A stretch of DNA of 64,000 nt from Clostridia bacterium (GCA_017397545.1 JAFQIK010000014.1:1070-65069), one strand, 5' to 3'. Shown: positions 19,295 to 29,143, counted from the first letter of the stretch. The notes: generated by a model from the letters alone, not told the origin. Translations and numbers: made by a program.

Positions 19295-19471
19295 ATGAAA
19301 GTTTATGATAAGGAAATATATGAAAAACAAGAAAGTATTAAATTTACTCTTTTAATTATAATAGTATTTTTAGTAGGATTTTTTGCAGGATATCTTGCAA
19401 ATTCGTTTACTTCTCAAAAAGAAGTTCCTAGTAACAATTCTGTACGAATTGAAAATGTTAGTAATCAATAA
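19295..19471 (+). CDS. Small membrane protein (58 aa), not in the ORF track
   Basis: Strong RBS AAAAGGAGTGATGTAA followed by ATG. The product is MKVYDKEIYEKQESIKFTLLIIIVFLVGFFAGYLANSF..., with one TM helix. Confidence 0.55.
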   Translation: MKVYDKEIYEKQESIKFTLLIIIVFLVGFFAGYLANSFTSQKEVPSNNSVRIENVSNQ

Positions 19472-19571
19472 ATTTTTAAAGAGAGTATTTTTAAAATACT
19501 TTCTTTTTATATGGACTTTTTAATATTTATATTATAAAATAATAAAGATTTTTATTAAGGGAGTTTTATTT

Positions 19572-20075
19572 ATGATTAGTAATATAATTCTTAAATATTT
19601 ATTAGTTTTTTTTGTATCTATGGTACCTCTTATTGAGCTTAGAGGAGCTGTACCACTTGGATTAAGTCCACTTCTAGGTAGCGCACTACCTATTATTCCT
19701 CTATATGCAGTTTGTATTATAGGAAATATGCTTCCTGTTCCAATTATTTTCTTTTTTGCAAGAAAAGTTTTAATCTGGGGAGCAGATAAAAAATTTATTG
19801 GAAAATTCTTTACATTTTGTTTGGAAAAAGGGGAAAAAGGCGGAAAAAAATTACAAGAAAAAGCAGGACGTGGATTATATTTTGCACTATTTCTTTTTGT
19901 AGGTATACCTCTTCCTGGTACAGGTGCTTGGACAGGTACACTAGCTGCAAGTTTCTTAAATATGGATTTTAAGAAAAGTGTAGTAGCAATTATTGCAGGT
20001 GTAATTCTAGCTGGTATTATAATGGGGTTAGCGTCTTTTGGAGTATTTGGTGCATTAGGTACAATTTTTAGTTAA
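19572..20075 (+). CDS. Small multidrug export-like membrane protein (COG2426 family)
   Basis: SMVPLIELRGAVPLG...IPLPGTGAWTGTLAA, with four hydrophobic segments. Confidence 0.75.
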   Translation: MISNIILKYLLVFFVSMVPLIELRGAVPLGLSPLLGSALPIIPLYAVCIIGNMLPVPIIFFFARKVLIWGADKKFIGKFFTFCLEKGEKGGKKLQEKAGRGLYFALFLFVGIPLPGTGAWTGTLAASFLNMDFKKSVVAIIAGVILAGIIMGLASFGVFGALGTIFS

Positions 20076-20080
20076 AAAAA

Positions 20081-20107
20081 TGAGGATTTTACTATCCTCA
20101 TTTTTTA
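20081..20107 (+). terminator. Intrinsic terminator
   Basis: TGAGGAT-tttacta-TCCTCA followed by TTTTTT. Confidence 0.8.
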
Positions 20108-20131
20108 TTCTATTTACAATATAATTTTATT

Positions 20132-20190
20132 GTGATTCAGGACAGTCCCCTTTTGTCCTAAAACAAAAGAGGGACTGTCCCTAGAATCAC
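20132..20190. repeat. Long imperfect inverted repeat overlapping the xth stop codon
   Basis: gtgattcaggacagtccccttttgt / acaaaagagggactgtccctagaatcac, with arms of about 25 bp. Confidence 0.65.
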
Positions 20191-20942
20191 CAGTTTATTT
20201 CTAGTCCTACTGGACAATGGTCGCTTCCCATTATGTCTGAATATATAGTTGCCTCTTTTATATTATCACTTATCCTATCTGATACTAAAAAATAATCAAT
20301 ACGCCATCCTGCGTTATTTGCTCTTGCACTAAACATATATGACCACCAAGTATATGCGCCTTCTTTTTGTGGGTATAGTTTTCTAAATGTATCTGTAAAT
20401 CCAGACTTTAGAAGTTTATCTATTTTCCCTCTTTCTTCATCTGTAAAACCTGCATTTTTTCTATTTGACTTTGGATTTTTTAAATCAATTTCTGTGTGTG
20501 CTACATTTAAATCTCCACAAATTATAATTGGTTTTTTACTATCTAATTCTTTTAAATATTTTCTAAATGCTTCTTCCCATACCATTCTATAATCTAATCT
20601 CGCAAGTTCACGTCCTGAATTTGGTGTATAGCAATTTACCATATAAAAACTCTCAAATTCTAATGTAATAACTCTTCCTTCTTTATCGTGTTCTTCTATT
20701 CCTATTCCATAGCTAACATTTAGAGGTTTTTTCTTTGTAAATATAGCTGTTCCTGAATATCCTTTTTTTTCAGCATAATTGTAATATTCATAATATTCAT
20801 CTAAATTTAATTCAATTTGTTTTTCTTGCATTTTAGTCTCTTGGATGCAAAATATATCTGCGTTTAGATTATTAAACACTTCCATAAAACCTTTTTTATA
20901 CATAGCTCTTAAGCCATTTACATTCCACGAAATTAATTTCAT
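20187..20942 (-). CDS. xth: Exodeoxyribonuclease III
   Basis: MKLISWNVNGLRA, CIQETK, GDLNVAH, WSY and SDHCPV motifs. The ATG at 20942 follows AAGGAG. The track ORF is extended through the repeat element. Confidence 0.92.
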   Translation of the reverse strand: MKLISWNVNGLRAMYKKGFMEVFNNLNADIFCIQETKMQEKQIELNLDEYYEYYNYAEKKGYSGTAIFTKKKPLNVSYGIGIEEHDKEGRVITLEFESFYMVNCYTPNSGRELARLDYRMVWEEAFRKYLKELDSKKPIIICGDLNVAHTEIDLKNPKSNRKNAGFTDEERGKIDKLLKSGFTDTFRKLYPQKEGAYTWWSYMFSARANNAGWRIDYFLVSDRISDNIKEATIYSDIMGSDHCPVGLEINW

Positions 20943-20957
20943 AAATTTCTCCTTGAT

Positions 20958-21083
20958 AAATTGTAATTTAGAGGTGTGATGTAGGATGTGCGAGGTGTGC
21001 TTTTTAGGGTTAGGCTTCGTAGATATTATCAGAATTTCACACTTCCCACCTCGCACTTCACACTTCCATACAGATTACAATTT
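20958..21083. mobile_element. MITE-like element, family B (126 bp): same AAATTGTAATTT ends, GT-rich heptad palindrome core
   Basis: aaattgtaattta-gaggtgtgatgtaggatgtgcgaggtgtg...cacacttcccacctcgcacttcacacttc-catacagattacaattt. The right end contains the murJ-like stop codon. Confidence 0.8.
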
Positions 21084-22743
21084 AATTTTCTTCCTTATAA
21101 ATTCCCATTTTAGTAAGAACACTGTAAATCTTTGTTCCAAATGGTATCATATATATATCTTCTTTTGAAAGCATTTTTGTAGCTAATACTAATATAGCAT
21201 ATGAAATTATTCCAATTAATATAGATATAATAGTTGATATTGCATTTCCCATTGAACCTATTAATATTCTATATGCAAAGTATACTATTAATCCCATTAT
21301 TACTGATGCAAATATTGGTTTTAATACATGATGTTTAAAAGACATTTCTAGTTTTATTTGTTTATTTAAGTAGTATAAGCAAATTCCAAATGCTAACCCT
21401 TGACTTATTATTGATGTAATTACAGCTCCATATATATTTATTTTTGGATTACTGATTAATATTACATTAAATACTAATTTAATTACTCCTCCAATAGCTA
21501 AAGCAATAGCTGGTATGTGAACTTTACCAAATCCATACAATCCACCATTTACAACATAGTTAAGTGATACAAATATCATTGTAAGAGTACTTAATATTAA
21601 TATTAATGCTCCATCTGATGCAGCTGGATAAATCAGCTGAAGAATTGGTTTTGCAAGTACAGCTAATCCTGCTGCGCATGGCATTATAATTAATATTGAT
21701 GCAAAAAATGAGAATGATAATCTCTTATTTACAGTTTTATAATCTTTAATAGATATTGCCGAAGAAATAGATGGAACTAATGCTGTACAGAATGAACCTG
21801 TTATTGCAAGTGGTAAATGTATTATTGTTACTACTTTTGATAATATTCCGGATAATTCCATTGCCTTTGCTTCCAAAGCTTCTTTTGTAGTTAAAACTCC
21901 TGAGAATGCTGTTTGTATACAATTACTAATTGTAGCAGTATCTATCATATTATTAACAACTGATATTAATGAGCCAATTGTCATTGGTATTGATATTGCA
22001 AATATTGTTTTTAAAAGCTTGCCTGTTGTTTTATCTTCTTGAGTCACTGTTTGAGCTTCACATTCTGCCAAAATTCCTTTTTTTCTTCTTTTATAAAATA
22101 TATACAAATATGTAAATGAAATAAATATAGCAAGTGTTGTAGAAACATTTCCTCCTGCAGCCATTATTGCTGGATCTTTTCCTACTAATGCATATACAAA
22201 TGTTATTGTAAGAATACAGTTGAAAAATTGCTCTAACGTTTGTGATACACTTGTAGCTTTCATACTACCAAGTCCTGCAAAATACCCTCTTAGTACCGAA
22301 GATGAAGCAACAAACATTATAGCTGGTGCAAGTACCCTTAAAACATATTTTATATCTGGTACATTTAAAATCTTACTAGCAACTAATTCTGCGCCAAAAA
22401 ATAAGGCTATCGACAAAACTGCTCCAATTATTGTAAATATTTTTAAAGATGTTTTAAAAATTCTATATGCCCCTTTATGGTCACCTATGGCCACTCTTTC
22501 TGATACTAATTTTGATATTACTGTAGGTATACCAACTGATGATATTGTAAGAAGTAATGAATATACTGTGTATCCTGCATCATAATATCCATTACCTATA
22601 TCTCCAAAACCTTCTACATTTATTATTACTAATCTATATATAAATCCCAATATCTTTATTACTATTTGTGCAATCATAAGCATTGCAACATTTTTCATAA
22701 AAGATGTGCCTTTTTCTTTTTTTATTTTATCTTCTGCTCCCAT
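21082..22743 (-). CDS. MurJ/SpoVB-type polysaccharide or lipid II flippase (MOP superfamily)
   Basis: 553 aa with about 14 TM segments. The N-terminus NVAMLMIAQIVIKILGFIYRLVI...G...Y is typical of this family. Confidence 0.8.
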   Translation of the reverse strand: MGAEDKIKKEKGTSFMKNVAMLMIAQIVIKILGFIYRLVIINVEGFGDIGNGYYDAGYTVYSLLLTISSVGIPTVISKLVSERVAIGDHKGAYRIFKTSLKIFTIIGAVLSIALFFGAELVASKILNVPDIKYVLRVLAPAIMFVASSSVLRGYFAGLGSMKATSVSQTLEQFFNCILTITFVYALVGKDPAIMAAGGNVSTTLAIFISFTYLYIFYKRRKKGILAECEAQTVTQEDKTTGKLLKTIFAISIPMTIGSLISVVNNMIDTATISNCIQTAFSGVLTTKEALEAKAMELSGILSKVVTIIHLPLAITGSFCTALVPSISSAISIKDYKTVNKRLSFSFFASILIIMPCAAGLAVLAKPILQLIYPAASDGALILILSTLTMIFVSLNYVVNGGLYGFGKVHIPAIALAIGGVIKLVFNVILISNPKINIYGAVITSIISQGLAFGICLYYLNKQIKLEMSFKHHVLKPIFASVIMGLIVYFAYRILIGSMGNAISTIISILIGIISYAILVLATKMLSKEDIYMIPFGTKIYSVLTKMGIYKEEN

Positions 22744-22819
22744 AATACCTTCCTTATTCTAATTATTAGTTTAGTTATATCATATATATATTTTTTTTAC
22801 AATCCTTTATTCATTGTAC

Positions 22820-22944
22820 AAATTGTAATTTGGCGGTGTGAGGTTGGATGTGTGAGGTGTGATTTTAGACTATTCTTCGTAGGCTTTACCCTAATTTCAC
22901 ACTTCCCACCTCGCACTTCACACTTCTAAATATAAATTATAATT
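22820..22944. mobile_element. MITE-like element, family B (125 bp)
   Basis: aaattgtaatttggcggtgtgaggttggatgtgtgaggtgtg...cacacttcccacctcgcacttcacacttc...aaattataatt. Confidence 0.8.
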
Positions 22945-22997
22945 CATTTTAATAATAAAAAATAGGAGATCTATTCTCCCATTTTTTTGTCTTATTT

Positions 22998-23921
22998 TTA
23001 ATTTAATACTTCTACATCTAAATATCTTACGCCCCAAGCTAATGCTTCTGAATGTGAATTCATATAAACGTCTATTCTATTACCTTGTATTGCTCCACCT
23101 CTGTCTTCTACAGTGTAAGTTTGACCATTTATAACTACTTTTGTTCCAAATGCAAATGTAGCTGGTGCAGCAATTGTACGATTTGCCGTCGCTTTTGTTC
23201 CAGATGCAGTAATTCCATTTGTTTTTCCACAACATCTTACACATGCACAATATGCTGTTACTTTATATCTTCCAGATGAAGCTGTTGTAGCTCCTGAAAA
23301 TCTAGAACTTGTTCTAGATGTTACTTTTGTTTGAATTTGAACTATTTTATTTACTGGTTCTTTTATAATTTTTGAAGATAGTTCTATTCGTTCTATTTCT
23401 ACTTCATTTTTATATTTTACTTTATAAGTTACTTCTCTTATACCATTTTTTCCTGCTTGTATTACTCTATTTGTTGTACTTCCACCATTAGAAACATCTT
23501 TTGTTATTGTTTCAAATGGTATTTCTTCTTTAACTGTTATTATCTCTTCTATAATATTTGAATAACTCTCAGCAATTTGTTCTACGTTATTGTTTAGTTC
23601 TTCTTCTGAAATTTTAGCTATCTTTGTAGGTTCGTTTCCTGCTTTTGTTATCACTATAGTATTTGTATTTGTTATATCCTCTTCCATGCTAGGTACTACT
23701 ATTTCATCTGATGATAACATTATATGATTTTCTTCAAGTATTTCAGATACTTTTGTTTTTGAAGTTACAACTGTAATTTCATGGTTATTTGAGAATTTTA
23801 TTTTTACACTATTTAATTTTGCATTTCCTGCAACTACCGATATCCCTAAGATTATAATAAATATTATACTTATTGCAATAATCTTTTTATAAGATATTGA
23901 CGTAAGTTTTTGTTTAATCAT
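22998..23921 (-). CDS. DUF348-G5-3D domain cell-wall protein (YabE/RpfB-like)
   Basis: N-terminal TM segment. G5-like block VIQAGKNGIREVTYKVKYKNE. C-terminal 3D domain YKVTAYCACVRCCGKTNGITASG...VEDRGGAIQGNRIDVY. Confidence 0.85.
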   Translation of the reverse strand: MIKQKLTSISYKKIIAISIIFIIILGISVVAGNAKLNSVKIKFSNNHEITVVTSKTKVSEILEENHIMLSSDEIVVPSMEEDITNTNTIVITKAGNEPTKIAKISEEELNNNVEQIAESYSNIIEEIITVKEEIPFETITKDVSNGGSTTNRVIQAGKNGIREVTYKVKYKNEVEIERIELSSKIIKEPVNKIVQIQTKVTSRTSSRFSGATTASSGRYKVTAYCACVRCCGKTNGITASGTKATANRTIAAPATFAFGTKVVINGQTYTVEDRGGAIQGNRIDVYMNSHSEALAWGVRYLDVEVLN

Positions 23922-23948
23922 AAATCCCTCCTTAAAGCGATCTATTAT

Positions 23949-23977
23949 ATTATACTCTTTTTTTACTTATTTGTCAA
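23949..23977 (-). promoter_or_regulatory. Consensus sigma-A promoter for the 22998-23921 gene
   Basis: The minus strand reads TTGACA, a 17-nt spacer, then TATAAT. It lies about 25 nt upstream of the AAGGAGG RBS. Confidence 0.7.
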
Positions 23978-24089
23978 ATTTGGAAATTTTTGTTTATTAT
24001 ATTATATGCTGCTTGTACTAAAATATGCATACGGAAATAAGTTTCTAAGCATTTTTTATTTGTCAAATTTTGGGGTTATTTAGAACAAT

Positions 24090-24239
24090 AAATTGTAATT
24101 TGTAAAAAAGGATTAATTGCAAACATTGTAGGGGCAGACGCCTCTGTCTGCCCGCAATTTTATGCAATTTTTTTTCGGGCGGACACGGGGTTCCGCCCCT
24201 ACAGATTTTAAAATAAATTATTCACACAAATTACAATTT
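24090..24239. mobile_element. MITE-like element, family A (150 bp)
   Basis: Same ends and same REP pair as 16911-17059. Confidence 0.85.
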
Positions 24240-24251
24240 ATTTTAATTTTA

Positions 24252-24280
24252 TTGCTATAAAAATTTTACTATGATATAAT
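24252..24280 (+). promoter_or_regulatory. Probable sigma-A promoter of lemA
   Basis: TTGCTA, a 17-nt spacer, then TATAAT, 36 nt upstream of the ATG. Confidence 0.55.
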
Positions 24281-24316
24281 CAATTTATAAAATAAATAAA
24301 ATAGGAGGTTATTATT

Positions 24317-24868
24317 ATGTGGATAGCATTAGGAATTATTATAATACTTGTTATTGCTATAATTTCAATGTACAATAATTTAGTTAGATTAAGACAAAAA
24401 GTAAAAAATTCTTGGAGTCAAATTGATGTACAATTACAAAGAAGATTTGATTTAATTCCAAATTTAGTAGAAACAGTTAAGGGTTACATGAAACACGAAG
24501 ACGAAGTTTTAACAAAAGTTGCTGAACTTAGAACTTCTTGGGCTAATGCAGGTACTGTTGCAGAAAAAGCTAATCTTGACAATGAGTTGTCAGGTGCTTT
24601 AAAAACAATTATGGCAGTTTCTGAAAATTATCCAGATTTAAAAGCAAATCAAAACTTTTCTGAATTACAACAAGAATTACAAAACACAGAAAACAAAATA
24701 TCATTCTCAAGACAATTCTATAATGACAGTGTTACAATGTACAATACAAAATTAGAAGTTGTTCCTTCTAACATAATTGCTTCTATGTTTAATTTTAAAC
24801 CAGAAGAATTATTTAAAGCAGAGAGTGAAGAAGCTAGAAAAAATGTTAAGGTTGATTTTGACAAATAA
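24317..24868 (+). CDS. lemA: LemA family protein
   Basis: N-terminal TM segment, then [39 protein letters not shown]...RQFYN. Confidence 0.9.
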   Translation: MWIALGIIIILVIAIISMYNNLVRLRQKVKNSWSQIDVQLQRRFDLIPNLVETVKGYMKHEDEVLTKVAELRTSWANAGTVAEKANLDNELSGALKTIMAVSENYPDLKANQNFSELQQELQNTENKISFSRQFYNDSVTMYNTKLEVVPSNIIASMFNFKPEELFKAESEEARKNVKVDFDK

Positions 24869-24877
24869 AATTTTTAT

Positions 24878-24951
24878 CGGGCGGACAGGGTCGTCCGCCC
24901 CTACAATATAATTCTAAATTATATGTAGGGGTCGATGCCTACATCGACCCG
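24878..24951. repeat. REP-like pair, tail to tail, between convergent lemA and tatD
   Basis: CGGGCGGACAGGGTCGTCCGCCCCTAC ... GTAGGGGTCGATGCCTACATCGACCCG. Confidence 0.85.
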
Positions 24952-24991
24952 AAACAAAAGGACTTTAGAGTAAATTTCTAAAATCCTTTTT

Positions 24992-25759
24992 TTATTTTAT
25001 CTCAAATAATCTTTTTGCATTATCATATGTAGCTTTAGCTGCTTCTTCTAAGGTTATTCCTTTTACATCTGCTATTTTCTGTGCTATATATTTTACGTTT
25101 CTTGAATCATTTCTTTTACCTCTTAAAGGCTCTGGACTAAGATATGGAGAATCTGTTTCTATAAGTATTTTTTCTAATGGTACCATTTTTATTATTTCTT
25201 CTGTATTTCTAGAATTTTTAAATGTTACAGGCCCTGCAAAAGATATATAAAATCCCAATTTTATGCCTTCTCTTACTAAATCTACATTTAGTGGACAACA
25301 ATGAAATACACCTTTTTTATTACAATTATTGTTTTTTAGTATTTCTAGTGTATCATAAATAGCTTCTCTTGTATGAATTACAATTGGAAGCTTAAGTTCA
25401 TTTGCTATTTCTATTTGAGAAATAAATAGTTGTTTTTGTAATTCTTTGTTTTCCTTGTTCCAATAATAATCTAATCCAATTTCTCCAATTGCAACAACTT
25501 TTTTATTTTTAGCTAAGTTTTTTATTTCTATTAAATATTCTTCTTTAAAATTATCTATGTCATTAGGAGAAATACCAACAGTTACATACATAAATTCATA
25601 CTCTTTTGCTATTTCTATAGCTTCTTTAGAAGATTCTAAACTATATCCTGCATTTATTATTTTAGTAACTCCTTCTCCATAATTTTTTTTTATTAAATTC
25701 TCTCTATCTTCTTTAAACCTTTCATCATTATAATGCGCATGCGAATCAAAAAACTCCAT
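24992..25759 (-). CDS. tatD: TatD-family metal-dependent DNase/hydrolase
   Basis: FFDSHAHY, GEIGLDYYW, IVIHTREA and ETDSPYL motifs. The ATG at 25759 follows GAGGT and overlaps the acpS 3' end. Confidence 0.9.
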   Translation of the reverse strand: MEFFDSHAHYNDERFKEDRENLIKKNYGEGVTKIINAGYSLESSKEAIEIAKEYEFMYVTVGISPNDIDNFKEEYLIEIKNLAKNKKVVAIGEIGLDYYWNKENKELQKQLFISQIEIANELKLPIVIHTREAIYDTLEILKNNNCNKKGVFHCCPLNVDLVREGIKLGFYISFAGPVTFKNSRNTEEIIKMVPLEKILIETDSPYLSPEPLRGKRNDSRNVKYIAQKIADVKGITLEEAAKATYDNAKRLFEIK

Positions 25760-25767
25760 TTTTACCT

Positions 25768-26145
25768 CTATTCTTCTACTATTACCACTACTGTTGCAAC
25801 AGCATATTCTTTGCAATGTGATATTGAAATATCTATATTTTTAATCTTATTAAATTTTATATCTATAAATTTAATTTGTGGATTTCCATTTTCATCATTA
25901 ATAACTTCTGCATTATGCCATGATATATCAAATTTATTATCAAGTAGTGGTGATACTGCTTTAAAAATTGCCTCCTTTGCAGCAAATCTTCCTGCATAAT
26001 GATAATATTTTGCACCTCTTTTACTTTCGCAATATTGTATTTCATTTGGTGTAAAAAGAATATTTGTAAATTTTTCTCCTGATCTTTCTATGGATTCTTT
26101 TATTCTGCTTATTTCTATTATATCTGTACCACAAAGTATTTTCAT
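25768..26145 (-). CDS. acpS: Holo-[acyl-carrier-protein] synthase
   Basis: 125 aa with GTDIIEISRI...RFAAKEA..KA...ISISH. Confidence 0.88.
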   Translation of the reverse strand: MKILCGTDIIEISRIKESIERSGEKFTNILFTPNEIQYCESKRGAKYYHYAGRFAAKEAIFKAVSPLLDNKFDISWHNAEVINDENGNPQIKFIDIKFNKIKNIDISISHCKEYAVATVVVIVEE

Positions 26146-26184
26146 TGTTACCTCTCTTCAATTTATTTATAAATTATTTTATTT

Positions 26185-26262
26185 GTAGGGGGCGCTGCCT
26201 TCAGCGCCCCGAGAATATTCAAAATGTCCATGTTACGGGTCGCCGTAGGCGGCGACCCCTAC
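26185..26262. repeat. REP/BIME-like pair (head to head)
   Basis: GTAGGGGGCGCTGCCTTCAGCGCCCCG ... CGGGTCGCCGTAGGCGGCGACCCCTAC. Confidence 0.85.
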
Positions 26263-26272
26263 ATTTTATAAA

Positions 26273-27526
26273 TCATCTTAACCTTATCAACACTACAAAA
26301 TTAACAACATTTAACAACAAAGATATTACTAATGCTATTAATATAAATTTATTAACTTTTATGTTCTTATCTATATTTAATTCTTTATACAACACATCAT
26401 ACTTATTTTTTATTTCATCATAAATATCTCGAAGTTCAAATATTTTTTTCCATTTATTATAGAACATTGTTCCTGTTAGTGAATTTGTAATTTCACTTAA
26501 AGCAATTTCTTTTGTAAATTTATAAAAGTTTTTTCTAACTTTTTCTATATCGTTTTTACTCTTAAAATCATTTTCTAATTTTTTTAAATATATTCTCTGA
26601 TATAACCCTATTATTAACGTATATAAATACTCATTCTCGTAGTCAAACAATATTTTAGTATAATTATTAATATCTATACTAGATGTCATAAGGCTAGCAC
26701 TTTGTTTTGTAAATCCAAATCTTGCATATCTAAATTGCTCATTTACATACATAGATTGTTTTAATTCTTTAGCATCAAAATCTAATGTACTATTGTTAGA
26801 TAATACATTACTAAATTTTAGAAAATCATTTTCTAAATTTTTAAAATCTTCCTCTTCATTCCAGTCTTCTTGTTCTATACAACTATATGTATACACAAAA
26901 AACCTTTTATTATATAAGTCTATATTTTCTAATTCTTTTGAATCATTAAATCCAATTATATTATCTATAAAGTCAGAAATTTCTGTCATATTTCCGAACG
27001 CATCTGTTTGTATCTTTATATTGTTGTAATCCTTTAATTTAGTAAAATCAGAATTTATATCTTTAAATTTATAATTAAAATTTAATAAATCTGAAAATTT
27101 TTCACTATTCTCTATATATGTTTTTATAAGTAAAAAACATATTCCTGTATCTAAGCAAATTATTTCTATTTTGTCTATATTAAAAAATATTCCATCTTGT
27201 GTACTTATCTTTCCTTGTACTTTTTTATCTAATCTATATTCAAATATATTACAATGTAATTTAGATAATTCTGAAGCCTTTATATTATTTTGCATTTTAT
27301 CTAAATTATTTATTTTATTTCTATCAAATGTAAACGTTGGGAAAAAATATTCTCTTACATTTTGAATAAAGTATGAATATAAATTTAAGTCTCTTTCTTT
27401 TTCAAATATCTTTAGCTTACAATTTTTATTATTCAATAAGCTTAATAGATATTTACTATATTTACTTTGTTCAATTAAAAATGGCTTTATAAAATACGTA
27501 TAATGATATTTTACTTTTAACTCCAT
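26273..27526 (-). CDS. Hypothetical protein (417 aa) with a C-terminal TM anchor
   Basis: Clean ORF with an RBS AAAAGAGGAG upstream and a C-terminal FILIALVISLLLNVVNFVVLI segment. I recognise no family. Confidence 0.55.
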   Translation of the reverse strand: MELKVKYHYTYFIKPFLIEQSKYSKYLLSLLNNKNCKLKIFEKERDLNLYSYFIQNVREYFFPTFTFDRNKINNLDKMQNNIKASELSKLHCNIFEYRLDKKVQGKISTQDGIFFNIDKIEIICLDTGICFLLIKTYIENSEKFSDLLNFNYKFKDINSDFTKLKDYNNIKIQTDAFGNMTEISDFIDNIIGFNDSKELENIDLYNKRFFVYTYSCIEQEDWNEEEDFKNLENDFLKFSNVLSNNSTLDFDAKELKQSMYVNEQFRYARFGFTKQSASLMTSSIDINNYTKILFDYENEYLYTLIIGLYQRIYLKKLENDFKSKNDIEKVRKNFYKFTKEIALSEITNSLTGTMFYNKWKKIFELRDIYDEIKNKYDVLYKELNIDKNIKVNKFILIALVISLLLNVVNFVVLIRLR

Positions 27527-27547
27527 TATTATCTCCTCTTTTGTTTA

Positions 27548-29068
27548 CTATTTTTGATAATATAATCCATTATCACTTAAATACCATTCTCCTATAAAGT
27601 CTATATAAATACTGTTATCTAAGTTAACTGATGGTTCTTTTGCAATGGCACCAACTTTATTTATACTTCCCCATACTCCATCTTTTTTTACAGCTGAAAA
27701 GCCACAGCTATTTTGCTCTGTTGCATCTTCGTAATTATAATCAATTACAACCTCACCTGATTTATTTACATATCCATATTTCCCATCTTTTTTGCTTAAA
27801 AATAATGTTTTTTCTGCTAATAAATCAGTTACATTTTTTTCCTCAAATTTAAAATTGTAATATTTATATTCATTATTTACATATACTTTTATATAACCTT
27901 TTTCTATGTTTATTTCTGAAATTATTCCACTTATTTTTTGTCCTAGGTTATTATCAAATATAACAGTTTCTGTTTCTGTTTTGTCAGCTTGTATAAATCC
28001 TGCTTCTTCCACATACACCATACTTATATATTCAAATGGTATAATTTCTTGGTTTTCTAAATTTATAATTCCATATTTATCATCTTTTTTTGCTATATAA
28101 TAAATTGAAAATGCATATTTTAATTCTTCATATTGTGGTGCAATCTTTTCTTTTTTGTTAGTATTTATTACACCGTATTTTCCGTCTTTTACTATTACTA
28201 TACTATCATTTTTTGCTTCTTTTATATCTTCATATCCACCCTCTATAACAAAACTTGCATTTTCTGTATTTAATAGTTTCCAAACTCCCTTTTCTTTCAC
28301 TGCGAACATAGTTGAGCTATTTAAATATTTTACACCTTCATATTTGGGTTCTATTAAAATTTCTCCACTTGTTCTAATTAATCCGTATTGGTTATTTTCA
28401 TTCACAATTATATATTCATTCTTGTAACCTTCTTTTAATGTAAGTATATTTTTATATTGTACAGGTATTATCGTTTGTCCTTTTTCGTTTACTAGCCCTA
28501 CATTTCCAGCTTTTTTTACTATTATATTATTTTCTATGCTTTTTAAGGCTGTTATTTCGTCATAATCGCAAGTTAGCACTTCTTTACCTTCTAAATCTAT
28601 CAATCCATATTTTCCGTTTTTACTTACTCTTAATACATTATCTTCATACCAAATATTTTGTTTTGAATCATAATTATCTATTGCTTCTATTTTTTCATAT
28701 TCTGTTAAAATTTCTTCATTTTTATTATTAATTGCTTTTGTTTTATATGTGCCATTTTCATCATCAACATCATATGTACATATAAATATAGGCTTAGAAT
28801 TATTAGGTATTGCTATTATTTCATCATATGATGGTTCTATTACAATTTCTCCATCATTATTTATTACTCCGAACTTTCCATTTTGGTAAGCCGTGTAGTA
28901 TGAGTAAATTTTTACTTCTACCTTTTTATTACTATTTTTTACTATATTAATAATTGAAGTTATAATCATAATTATAACTGCTAAAGCTACAATTACGCCT
29001 GCAACTTTTTTTAAATTCAGTTTTGGCTCATTTTCGTATCTTCTACCTCTAGTTCTATTTCTACTCAT
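27548..29068 (-). CDS. KWG/WG-repeat (WG_beta_rep-like) membrane-anchored protein
   Basis: Basic N-terminus plus a TM segment, then more than 10 repeats of the form GKYG(L/V)I(N/D)xxG. The ATG at 29068 follows GAAGGAGG. Confidence 0.75.
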   Translation of the reverse strand: MSRNRTRGRRYENEPKLNLKKVAGVIVALAVIIMIITSIINIVKNSNKKVEVKIYSYYTAYQNGKFGVINNDGEIVIEPSYDEIIAIPNNSKPIFICTYDVDDENGTYKTKAINNKNEEILTEYEKIEAIDNYDSKQNIWYEDNVLRVSKNGKYGLIDLEGKEVLTCDYDEITALKSIENNIIVKKAGNVGLVNEKGQTIIPVQYKNILTLKEGYKNEYIIVNENNQYGLIRTSGEILIEPKYEGVKYLNSSTMFAVKEKGVWKLLNTENASFVIEGGYEDIKEAKNDSIVIVKDGKYGVINTNKKEKIAPQYEELKYAFSIYYIAKKDDKYGIINLENQEIIPFEYISMVYVEEAGFIQADKTETETVIFDNNLGQKISGIISEINIEKGYIKVYVNNEYKYYNFKFEEKNVTDLLAEKTLFLSKKDGKYGYVNKSGEVVIDYNYEDATEQNSCGFSAVKKDGVWGSINKVGAIAKEPSVNLDNSIYIDFIGEWYLSDNGLYYQK

Positions 29069-29086
29069 ATACGTTCTTTCCTCCTT

Positions 29087-29143
29087 CAAAATGCGAAGCA
29101 TTTTGTACTCTTCACTATTCATTATTCACTTTTCACTATTCAC
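29087..29143 (-). promoter_or_regulatory. 5' leader module (heptad GTGAA repeats plus hairpin), paralog of 12808-12865
   Basis: caaaatgcgaagcattttg-tactcttcactattcattattcacttttcactattcac on the plus strand. It abuts the RBS of the KWG gene. Confidence 0.65.

Noticed and set aside
19090-19308. 72-aa plus-strand ORF
   Set aside because: It is a translation of the family A MITE (GVDAHIDP...GRCGHRPLQ derives from the REP hairpins). The real small gene starts at 19295 in another frame.
20943-21056. N-terminal extension of xth (MRGGKCEILIIS...), ORFs 20986-21168, 22666-22929 and 30532-30717
   Set aside because: They are read-throughs of the family B repeat elements. The same 'peptides' recur because the DNA repeat recurs.
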